64,000 nt of DNA, from assembly GCA_963833425.1 (NCBI GenBank), contig CAWHXP010000010.1, forward strand, positions 68,841 to 132,840, given 5' to 3'. This DNA is from an uncultured Methanosarcinaceae archaeon. GTDB lineage: Archaea > Halobacteriota > Methanosarcinia > Methanosarcinales > Methanosarcinaceae. The notes below the pieces were generated by a model. It was not told the origin of the DNA. It saw only the letters and a list, made by a program, of their open reading frames with translations, and did not search any database. A program made the position numbers and the translations under genes. This document shows positions 34,884-47,201 of the stretch, piece after piece (the first letter of the stretch is position 1; each line of letters starts with the position of its first letter).

Positions 34884-35684
34884 GTATATATCTAATAGAA
34901 GTTAAGGACTATAAACTTTTAGTATATAGACCTAAAAGGTAACTAAAATACGAAATAATAGATTTAAAGTTAAAACCAATTTCCTTATTTTTAGATAGCA
35001 GTGTTTTCAGACAAAACATTATTATTTTTTAAATTTTACGTTTGATTTTAAAAGTTTCTTTCCTTCGTGGGACAAAAAGCAACATTTTGGTTCTTAGTTA
35101 CTACATATTTTTTATTAAAAACGATGTATTATTCATTGAATCAATGCAAAAATGTCCCTATAATTTTGGCTTAAACTAAGAAATACATAGATTTAATCGT
35201 AAAAACTGTGTATACTAAAGTTGTCCATATTTAAAGCTTAATCCAGGAAAATAGCATTCTTAACGATCCAGTCTGATTGGGAAAAGTTGATTTAAACATA
35301 TGACAAATAGTATAATGAGTTAATAAATATTTTAAAAAATTATTAAATATAAGGAACTCTTATCCTGTATATATATATTTCTAGGTATTATATACTCATT
35401 GAATGATAATATATTGACGATACAATCCAAAATCTAGTGATTTTTATATTTCATCACGGTGCTTTGGTGCTAAGTAAACATGTGCTGTGAAATAAAGAGA
35501 GTTTTGATAAACTTCAGATTTTTCAATAGTTGTATGTAGACCAGTTATTAAGCCTGTGATAAAATATGGTGATTTATTGAAATTTCAGAACTTACACATT
35601 TAACAACGATTTTTTGCTGCTAAACTTCGTAAGTCCTAAACTGATTTACATTGTTCAAATTTAATAAAATAGGAGTGGAAATAA

Positions 35685-35876
35685 ATGTTGAAACTATCTT
35701 CTAGCGGAATGAAGAAAGGAATGTCTATTTTGCTGGCAGTTTTTTTTGTAGTGTCTTTGGCAGCTGTGGCAGCTAGTGCACATCACAGTGGTCATGGGCA
35801 TGGTGGCGGGGATGGCTGTGGCGGATGCGGCAGCGGGGATGGCTGTGGCGGATGCGGCGGATGCGGTGGCTGTTGA
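35685..35876 (+). CDS. Small secreted His/Cys/Gly-rich peptide (shared-leader family)
   Basis: AGGAG RBS; same leader; mature part HHSGHGHGGGDGCGGCGSGDGCGGCGGCGGC. Confidence 0.75.
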   Translation: MLKLSSSGMKKGMSILLAVFFVVSLAAVAASAHHSGHGHGGGDGCGGCGSGDGCGGCGGCGGC

Positions 35877-36799
35877 TAATCAAAGCGTATTTGTCATCAT
35901 AAATTAATTTATTTTTTTATTTTTTTATTTAATTGAATTTTTTCCAATGCTAATTTTTTTTAATTCATTATCAAGAATATACCATTAGGACAAAACCAAG
36001 TGGGATCCTAAAGTACAATAATCTAATTTTCGTTGAATCAAGAGCAAATGATGCTCTCCCTAGTTTACCTGTAAAATTAAAAATATCGAGCTGAAGTATC
36101 TGCAAATGATCTCCAGCGTATTGGGGGTAATTTATTTAGCCAAGCAATACTCCTGTATACCTTGATTTTATAGTACTTTCTAAATGGGTGATTACTAGAT
36201 TCACATAACTTAACATTGCTTAATTAATTCATTTTTGCAGAAATTACAATTTATTTAAATCGAACCCCAAATAGCTTGTTTCGGGACTAAAATTTTTCAG
36301 AAAACCAGTATTATAACTAACTGAGTTTATACTTTAAGCTACCTTTATTTTTGGCAGTGTACTTAAAATTCTGTAAAAATAATTGTTCTATGTCCTTTGC
36401 TTACATCACAAAACCGGACTTCTTGATCTCGTTTATATATAGCTTTTATAGCAAAAACTGTGCATAATCCAGAGATTAACATTCAAAAATTAACCCAGGA
36501 TAACAGAAGGTTAAATATTAAGTTACTTCCTGAAAATTCAAAAATAAAAAAGCCCTAGTGGAAGTTTTGGTAATTAACATCAAATTTTTCCATATTTTTT
36601 ATGCGCTTGTTCAGCGATCAGAATATCAAAATGTACACTTATTTCCATTTGTATTTATACTACGAAAAATGGATTCAAGCTATAGGAAAGCATATTCAAA
36701 AGGGCTCAATTACTTGCTTTAGCATCTGGATTTGTGGCAGGGAAGCATATTGGATATATTATAAGAAACTGGGTTTGATATTGTGCCTATTTGAAAGAG

Positions 36800-37110
36800 A
36801 GTAGCTGGAAGGAAAACGGAGTGAAACCCTTCCATGACACTTGGTATTTTGTTTTAAAAATCTGAAACTTTCTACCTATTTTCACTAATTCCACCACCAC
36901 AGGGAATTCCAGCACAATAGGTTCGATGAATAGATTTCAGACCTTCTTATTTTTCTAGAGCTTTTGAATAGACATTTGAATGTATGACTAACTCATATTT
37001 ATTATTTTTTTTTTATTTTTTTCATATTTTATGATATTAAACTTAATAATAATATTACTTACCAAATTTCCATCAAAAATAATAATGAAGAATTTAAATT
37101 GAGAATGTAC
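36800..37110. repeat. ~300-bp segment repeated at ~40100-40410
   Basis: Shared gaaacccttc..ggtattt, aggttcgatgaata.atttcaga, atattacttacca.attt.catcaaaaata. Confidence 0.75.
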
Positions 37111-37506
37111 ATAGGTTTACACACTAAAACTGTGTATAAATAAGAATAAAATAACAAAAATTTAATTAGTATAACTACTACTTCAACATCCTGCTTTTTT
37201 GAAGTGAAAGAAAACGATAAAGAGCTCATCAGATATAACAGAACTTCAGCTAAACCATCAAAGAAACATATCTAAATTAAATGCAAAATTTGAAGAATAG
37301 CAATATTTTATGATAATGGTTGTTTTCTAGTAAAATTTGTAATTTGTTGATAACCTTGTGATGTTATCTAGAAATAATAAAAAATAAAATTAATATTAAA
37401 TTTTTGTCAATTTTAAAATGTTTTATACCTTGCTTATCAAAATCCTATACAATGACTAAGGGTAACATTATTCACACTGTTTTAATCACGTACTGGGAGA
37501 AATTAT

Positions 37507-37836
37507 CTATGTTGACGCTTTTTTTGGAAATATAGCTAGTCCCGCATCTGGACCTAGATCCGGAGCCGCAGGAGCTGGAGCTACAGGTGTTGAATTTTGA
37601 ATAGTGTATGGCATTCCAGATGTAAAATTGAATCCAGGGCAGAGCCAATTATCACCACCCACCCATCTACAACCAGTACTATAGCCCCATCCGGGACCCC
37701 AGCCATAGCCGCCCCATCCGCGGCCCCAGCCACCATAGTGTGCACTAGCTGCCACTGATGTCACCGATATTACAAAAAGGACTGCTAGCAAAATAGCAAG
37801 GACCTTTTTCATTTTACTAGATGATTGTTTTAACAT
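37507..37836 (-). CDS. Small secreted Gly/Trp-rich peptide, paralog of 20398-20724
   Basis: Near-identical sequence; AGGTGA RBS. Confidence 0.78.
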   Translation of the reverse strand: MLKQSSSKMKKVLAILLAVLFVISVTSVAASAHYGGWGRGWGGYGWGPGWGYSTGCRWVGGDNWLCPGFNFTSGMPYTIQNSTPVAPAPAAPDLGPDAGLAIFPKKAST

Positions 37837-38713
37837 TTACTTCACCTTTTATATTTTGTTCAAATTAATAATATGTTGAAATACAGAAAAATACAACTTG
37901 AAAGATCGGTTGATTTTACTGCAACTGCTAATGTTTTTGTATTTTTTTTGAATTGACATATAAATTATGACAACTTTATATTTAATATTTTCTTTAATCT
38001 TTTTTATATTTTATAATATAATACTAAAAAATTGTAATACTCATCTCAATTTAAATCAATTTTTTTTACTGTGATATATGGTAATTAGTTCAAATGTTCC
38101 GTAAGTGAAATATTTGCAATGCTTTTTTACTCTATATGGAAGTCAGAAAATTCGGGGACTTCAGCACAAAACACGTATATGAATTGAGTTTAAGCCAGTA
38201 CATCATTAGTTGCTCTTGAGAATTGCAGTCTATTGGTATCTATGGGTATCTATGGGTTCTGTCTTCTTTGTGGGAAGAATTCAAAGTAGGAATACGGATT
38301 TTGCTTTAATTATGAATAAAATTAAAGTTTGTCCAAAAAAGTAATATAAATTTATGTATATGTAATACTCAACAATATGGATTTATAAGAACACTCTATG
38401 CCTTATGCAGTTGAACTAAAAATAAAATTAAAGATTTAACTGTTTAAAATAAAAATTGAACAGACCGAGTATATTGAACTCAATTCTGTTTCCAAAGTGT
38501 TTTAGTTTTACATATTTTAGAAACAATGAATGACACATTTATTTAAATATTTCAGGGAGCAGAGTTGTCTTCGAAGATACTTTAATAAATACTTGCCTAA
38601 GCATGTTCGTATTCTTCTCATAAGGCTAATTTTTAATGTTATGAAAAATTACTCAATCAACATGACCATTTAATCTTAAAACCATAAGAAATTAGCTAGG
38701 GGAAGAGAGACAA

Positions 38714-39439
38714 ATGCACTTTCCAGATGGATATTAGGACCACATACATATATTGCTTTTTGGATTATTATGGTCCCGATATGGTATTATGCAGGAAAGA
38801 AGCTGACCGCAGAGCTCAAGTCCAGACAGGTTCCACTGCTGGCACTATCAGCTGCATTTTCATTCGTAATAATGATGTTCAATGTACCTATTCCAGGCGG
38901 CAGTACAGGCCATGCAGTCGGTGGTGGAATTATCGCCTTAGTCATAGGCCCCTGGGCATCAATTATAGCTATATCTGTAACTTTGGTGTTACAAGCAATG
39001 ATTTTTGGTGACGGTGGAATAACAGCCATAGCCGCTAATTGCTTCAATATGGGAGTGATGATACCCTTTGTCGCTTACTACGCTTATAAGTTGATTAGTG
39101 GTAATTCAGTGATTACATCCCGTATGAGAGTTATTGCTGCGGCTATTGCTGGGTGGCTTTCTCTGACCATGGCATCTCTTTGTGCGGGATTTGAATTAGG
39201 AATACAGCCAATTTTAGAGCACACAGCTGACGGAGTCCCACTTTATATGCCCATATACCTGGAATGTAACTATTCCGGCCATGGCACTTGAGCACGCTTT
39301 TGCATTTAGTATTCTTGAAGCACTGGTCACAGCAATTATTTTTGCGTATATCCGGAAAACAGATGCATCTATATTTTATGGAGAGAAATCTGAAGCGGAA
39401 TTCAACAGAACCGAAATAATGAGTGGAGTCACAACCTAA
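38714..39439 (+). pseudogene. nikM: Nickel ECF S component NikM with two frameshifts
   Basis: ATG CAC TTT CCA GAT GGA TAT (MHFPDGY), then -1 nt; GSTGHAVGG and FGDGGITA; +1 nt near 39250. Confidence 0.85.
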
Positions 39440-39448
39440 GGTGAGAAT

Positions 39449-39772
39449 ATGGATAAAATGGTAAGAAACCTATCTATTGGCCTGATATTTTTGATAGTTT
39501 TTGCGCCTTTAGGCCTACTTGCAGCAGGCACAGCATATGGTGAATGGGCGCCCGATGAGCTTAAGGATAAAATTGGATTTGTGCCACATGGATTGGAAGA
39601 GCTATTTGACTTATGGCATGCTCCAATGCATGAGTATAATATCCCCGGTGCCCCTTCCTTCCAAGATTCAAAGCTCATATCTTCAGCAGGATATATCCTG
39701 TCCGCAGTAATTGGAGTAGTCGTTGGTGGTAGTCTTTTATATTTCATAGGAAAGAAGGCTGCCAAAAACTAA
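39449..39772 (+). CDS. NikN/PDGLE-domain membrane protein
   Basis: GTAYGEW..GFVPHGLE..APMHEY; two TM helices; follows nikM. Confidence 0.8.
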   Translation: MDKMVRNLSIGLIFLIVFAPLGLLAAGTAYGEWAPDELKDKIGFVPHGLEELFDLWHAPMHEYNIPGAPSFQDSKLISSAGYILSAVIGVVVGGSLLYFIGKKAAKN

Positions 39773-40506
39773 GAAATATATCTATTTTGGATTATTATGA
39801 TCTAAATTTTATTTTTTAGGATTGAAATGAGAATCATCTTGTCTAGAATGGTTTAATCACTTGATTAAGTGCCTGGATTTGCAACAGGCATCTATATAGA
39901 TATACTATGACAGAGTGGATTTGATAGTCTTTTAATTTAAAAAAGAGTATATAGAAGGCTGGAGTGATTAAACCCTTCCTAAAATTGATTATTTTGTGTT
40001 CTGCAGTGGAAATTTTCTATTTACCTTTAAAGGCATATATATCGAATATATTCTAAGAAAGTGGATTTGATATTACGCCAAATTTGAAAGGGAATATATT
40101 GAAGGGAAAATGAGGAAACCCTTCTAAGACATGTGGTATTTTGTTTGAGAAACCTGAAAACTATCCATCGGCTTGCACTTATAGATAAGGAGTTTCACAA
40201 CCACAGGAATTCCATTACCAAAGGTTCGATGAATAAATTTCAGATCTACTCATTTTTCTAGATCTTTTGGATAGACATATGTATGTACAACAAACTCATA
40301 TTTATTATTTTTCTTTTTTTTTTCATATTTCATAATACCAAACTTAAAAAAAATATTACTTACCAGATTTACATCAAAAATAGTAATGAAGATTTTACAT
40401 TGAGAATTACATAATTTTTCAAATAAAATTTCTTGATTTTCTAAGTCACAAAACCAGCAGTTTACCATGCTACCATGTATCCAAAAACAGTATTCTGACA
40501 TTCTCG

Positions 40507-40571
40507 GGTTCCGTTGCAAAAAATTCTTTCTAATGATACACTAGAATAAAAAGAAAACCAAAGATAGTAAT
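40507..40571 (+). mobile_element. Solo IS6 left end
   Basis: Matches 25233-25297 and stops just before the transposase ATG. Confidence 0.85.
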
Positions 40572-40903
40572 AATTAAAGGAGGAAATATAGCCAAAATCG
40601 GAGGTCTTAAGATCTAAAGTAACGAACTCTCAGGATTGGAAAGGCAAATTAGACAAGAGGATAAAGGTTTGAAAGAATAGCGGATGGACTTTATATGAGC
40701 TTTATTATGATGAAGCCTATTAAGAGGCTTATGTCATTCATACATTAAAAGATAACAAATTGGACATGGCAAAACAGCATTTAAGAATTTCAAGCTATGG
40801 GAAGCGTACCGAAATTAGGCTCTCTGGCAATCGGCACTCAATTCTTCTAAGAGAAGACAAGATTAAGAGATTGCATACTAGAGATTTGGTTTTGAATTTT
40901 TAG

Positions 40904-43117
<2,214 letters not shown>

Positions 43118-43139
43118 TCGTAGCATAAATGTCTTCAAG

Positions 43140-43352
43140 TCCTTGAAGATCTTCAAAACAAACGACTTTGCTCAGACTGGAAAAAGGTATCGGTCGCTGG
43201 ATAAGACAGGGCAGGAACATACTATTATTGGTAACCTTGTGGCCGACCTGAGCCATGTCACCATTCCAGCTATTCAGAGACGTGCAATCGAAAACTTGCG
43301 GCAGGCTGATGAGACTTTCGCAGCATCTGTGGCAAAAGGATTGGGCCCTTAG
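43140..43352 (+). pseudogene. C-terminal remnant of a monofunctional catalase (KatE-type)
   Basis: TNDFAQTGKRYRSLDK..IGNLVADLSHV..IQRRAIENLRQADETFAASVAKGLG resembles the catalase C-terminal helical domain. Confidence 0.7.
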
Positions 43353-43772
43353 ATGTTGAGAGGAGCCTGATAGACTTGGCTGATATATGAAGCGGCTCAG
43401 ATCATTCAGGTTCCTCTCGATTTATAAGCCTTGAATTAGACATGGTGAAAGAATAAAGAGCTTAAAGGGAACTAAGACTGAGAAGAATTTATTGCTGCCC
43501 TTCGCCGGAGAATCTCAAGCCATGAATAGGTTCATCGATAACTTTTATTGACTATATTTTTAAACTCTCCCCACAATGAATTTAGACGATTTCGATAAAC
43601 CCCACTTTTTAGTAGATAGTTTATAGAGGGTATATAAGCAATTTGTTGAGATCAGAGGTTTATCGAAATCTTCTTTAGTCTTCTATTAAGAGTTTTGGAT
43701 TAGCTTTAAAAACCGATAAACATAGTTAGATACTGATGAGACATTAAAATCAAGTAACCAAGGTGAACGTAA

Positions 43773-43901
43773 ATGAGTGTATCTGCAAAAGGAGAAAGGT
43801 ATCTTTGTGAGATCTGCGGTAATGAGGTTATAGTAGAAAAAGTCGGTGGAGGAACTCTTGTTTGTTGTGGCCAGGAGATGACTCTTATAGAAGATAAATA
43901 A
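43773..43901 (+). CDS. Desulforedoxin-type Fe(Cys)4 protein, 42 aa (absent from the ORF track)
   Basis: MSVSAKGERYLCEICGNEVIVEKVGGGTLVCCGQEMTLIEDK; CxxC..CC; AGGTGA RBS. Confidence 0.9.
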   Translation: MSVSAKGERYLCEICGNEVIVEKVGGGTLVCCGQEMTLIEDK

Positions 43902-44067
43902 GTTAATCCTTTAAATTTTTTTAAATTAATTTCTGTAATCTTTCGATAACTTAAGGGATTAATAAATATAGATAAGACTTTTAGAAGTTTCTAAAAATTT
44001 ATATCGAAATCAAAATTTTTCGGAAACATAGTATAAGTGTCAAATTAATTAAAATTTAATCTTCGAA

Positions 44068-44346
44068 GTGATGGGCATGACAAAAGAACACTTTACGGCA
44101 GAAGAAGCAAAAAAAGTAGGCGAAAAAATTGGAATTAAATGGGATAAGTTCGATGTTGACCAATTCCGCAGAGGCATGGATGTAGAGCTGGAACACGGAA
44201 CCAGAGACCACTCAACCAATGTTACTAATGATGACCCAATTATGATTGGAAAAATCTCTCTGGCTCATTTGAATGAATTCCCTGATTACTATGACAGGTT
44301 GGAAGAAATGGAGGAAAAAGCCGAGGAGTTTTGGGGGAAAAAATAA
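44068..44346 (+). CDS. Conserved hypothetical protein (DUF5661-like)
   Basis: QFRRGMDVELEHG, SLAHLNEFPDYYDRL. Confidence 0.75.
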   Translation: MMGMTKEHFTAEEAKKVGEKIGIKWDKFDVDQFRRGMDVELEHGTRDHSTNVTNDDPIMIGKISLAHLNEFPDYYDRLEEMEEKAEEFWGKK

Positions 44347-45009
44347 AAAATGAATAGATTTGTTTATTGTTTTATTCCTTTAATTTGTATTTAATGGTGA
44401 TTTATTTTTTTACTTTTTTCGGTCTTTCAAGCCCAAAAATGTTGTAAATATCATATAGACTTTCTAGTAATGTGATATTAATTAGTCAAGCGGAAAATAA
44501 CACACTAAAGTAGATAATTGAGTTGAAGAGTAACGAGATTTAAAAGAATAATTACAATTTTGTCAGCACAACCACTAACTATGCACATTATTTTTTGTGT
44601 TGAAAGAGAAAAGATATAGGGTCAATCAGAATTTGCAGATTTTGAGGGATGTAGAGCATCCGAGGCTAATTAGATAAAAATAGTTTAATCTTTGACCAAT
44701 GATTCAATATTAAAATAGTTTCTGAACAAAGCTTAGTCCACAATTAAACATTAATTATATTTCTTAATTAGTTCTAAGTAACAGCACAACATTATCAACA
44801 AATACCATACATTACTAAGATAACAACCATCGTCATGAAATATTGTTAGTCTTCAAATTTTACATTTAATTTTGGTGAGTTTCTTCGATAGTTTAGCTAA
44901 AGTTCTGTGAAATATAACTGGCTTTTATTCTTTTCTTTCACTATAAAATGTAGGATGTATAGCCATTAGTTTTTTAATACCAATTATCCTTCTTCGGTTG
45001 TTTCTATTG

Positions 45010-45040
45010 ATGCATAGCTTTTATAGCAAAAACTCTGCAT
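45010..45040. other. 31-bp palindromic site ATGCATAGCTTT-TATAGCA-AAAACTCTGCAT; representative of >=12 copies in the window
   Basis: Copies start at 21186, 35183, 36435, 37107, 45010, 47158, 48971, 49290, 50226, 58144, 58652, 60203. Confidence 0.8.
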
Positions 45041-45321
45041 CAGTAAAAACGATAAATCTGTTTTTTGTGGTAAAGAAAAAGGGTACAGAATTAATCAGGG
45101 TCTACAGAACTTTCAGTCCCTGTTCTTTCATACTGGAATACTTGAAAAGGTTGTGTTTGCTCAAATGAGCTTTAACCTTGTGGCCGATAGAATCCGAATT
45201 TAGCGTTTCTGTTGTTCCAAAAGGTTCACTCCTTTATCCATAAGTACTGTGATACTTGAAATCTAGGATAATACCGAAAAAGAGATAGTAATAGCAGTAT
45301 ATACACTACCAAGGTGTAGAA

Positions 45322-46968
45322 ATGAAAGCGGGAGTTTTAGGCTCTTATATCCTGTTACTAACCCTGGTATTTTCTGTACTGTCCACAGTAGTTCAGGCAA
45401 CTGAATACAGAGAAGTTAATAAAGAAGTTCAAGCAGAAGATATCTTAAACCATATCGAGAATGGTGACGACGTTAATCTCACAAACTGTCACATAGTTGG
45501 GGAATTAAACGTAAGTACAATCAACCTTGAAACTGCTCTCAATCCATCTTTTTTATGGTTAAATAAAATTTTAATTAAGAGTAGTATCACAACTCAAAAC
45601 TCAACCTTTGAAACTGTTTTCAATCCATCTCTTTCATGGTTAAATAAAAATTTAAGTGTTATTAAGAGCAGTATCACAATTCAAAACTCAACCTTTGAAA
45701 ACGGGCTTAATTTCTCAAATGCGAAATTTAATAATGCTGTTTTATTTAAAAGAACGAATTTCAATAATTCTGCTAACTTTTATATGGCGCATTTTAATGA
45801 TACTGCCGACTTCGAATGGACGATTTTTAATAATAATGCCGACTTCGAATGGACGACTTTTGATAATAATGCCGATTTTAATATGGCGCATTTTAATAAT
45901 TCTGCCATTTTCACTGATGCGAGATTTTGGAATGATGCGTACTTCGTTGGGGCGACTTTTAATAATACTGCCAACTTTACTTTTACGAATTTTAACTATT
46001 TAGCCAACTTCCCTTGGACGGTTTTTAATAATACTGCCGACTTCAATTATTCGGGTTTTAAATATGCTGTATTCTCTAATGCGAATTTTAATAATCCTGC
46101 TAACTTTTATATGGCGTATTTTAATAATACTGCCGACTTTTATATGGCGCATTTTAATAATGCTGCCGACTTCGAATGGACGACTTTTAAAAAATCTGCC
46201 GACTTCTTGGAAGCTACTTTTAAAAAATTTGCCGATTTCGAGGGAGCAAATTTTAATAATCTAACTACCTTCAATGGAACAAAATTTATAGAAAGTTCTG
46301 TCTACTTCGAGGGAGCGAATTTTAGTAATTCTGTTTACTTCTATGGAGCTAAATTTAATGATCTCAACTACTTTACAGGGCCGGAAAAACCTGACAAACT
46401 TCTTTTGGATGGAAAGAATTTTCAAATATTTTATAAATATTATAATGGTCATGGGCGATACGACGAAGCAGATGCCGTATATTATAACTACCGACAAAAC
46501 GATATGAAACAGGAAAAGTGGAGTTCTTTTGGACATTGGTGGAATTTTTTATCTTGGCTCATTTGTGGTTTTGGGATAAAACCATTAAACACCCTTCTTT
46601 TTGGGATTGCAATTATATTTTTATTTTCGGGTATATATGCAAACCCGATATCATTAAAAATAAACACACACAGTGTGATCCCTATTAATTTACTTTCAAA
46701 TGTACATTTGTATAAAAGAAATAATAAGATAATACCTTTTGGATTATCTTTAAAGAACCCGGGTATTGTAAATGATCGTGATCAGAATCAAAAAGCACAT
46801 GTATTTGATGTAATTTACTATAGTATCGACTGTTTTACTTTTATGAACAATGGTAACTGGTATCCTAGAGCTAATTTCAAGAAATGGGAAACTTTTGAAG
46901 GGGCCCTTGGTTGGTTTATTCTTGGAATCTTCATGGCAACTCTTGCTAAAACGATAATAAGAATTTAA
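45322..46968 (+). CDS. Secreted/membrane pentapeptide-repeat protein with C-terminal ion-channel-like TM domain
   Basis: Signal peptide; 11-aa ADFxxAxFNNT repeats; CGFGIKP, YYSIDCFT..GNWYP..EGALGWF. Confidence 0.85.
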   Translation: MKAGVLGSYILLLTLVFSVLSTVVQATEYREVNKEVQAEDILNHIENGDDVNLTNCHIVGELNVSTINLETALNPSFLWLNKILIKSSITTQNSTFETVFNPSLSWLNKNLSVIKSSITIQNSTFENGLNFSNAKFNNAVLFKRTNFNNSANFYMAHFNDTADFEWTIFNNNADFEWTTFDNNADFNMAHFNNSAIFTDARFWNDAYFVGATFNNTANFTFTNFNYLANFPWTVFNNTADFNYSGFKYAVFSNANFNNPANFYMAYFNNTADFYMAHFNNAADFEWTTFKKSADFLEATFKKFADFEGANFNNLTTFNGTKFIESSVYFEGANFSNSVYFYGAKFNDLNYFTGPEKPDKLLLDGKNFQIFYKYYNGHGRYDEADAVYYNYRQNDMKQEKWSSFGHWWNFLSWLICGFGIKPLNTLLFGIAIIFLFSGIYANPISLKINTHSVIPINLLSNVHLYKRNNKIIPFGLSLKNPGIVNDRDQNQKAHVFDVIYYSIDCFTFMNNGNWYPRANFKKWETFEGALGWFILGIFMATLAKTIIRI

Positions 46969-47201
46969 ATTGCATTTTCCATTTTGAACAGTGATATAGG
47001 TACTATTGATAAAAATAGATAACAGTTTTGTATGTATCTGCGAAAAGTGAGATATAACATGTGTCTTAGTTCTACTCCTAAAGACATAACTACTTCTCTT
47101 CATCATGAAAATTTAGTTATGTATCAACTACCTAGTATAAAATTATCATATTTACTGATGCAGAAGTTTTCTTACAAAAACTGTGCATCTTAAAGTACAA
47201 A

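Noticed and set aside
25040..34980. TTAAGTTAAA-like words at ~25046, ~26097 and ~34965 as attL/attR
   Set aside because: Too short and AT-rich to be significant; no tRNA target seen
16020..39800. Idea that one inversion separated nikMN (38.7-39.8 kb) from nikQO (14-16 kb)
   Set aside because: A separate nikN remnant already sits upstream of nikQ (16051-16160), so these are two independent partial operons
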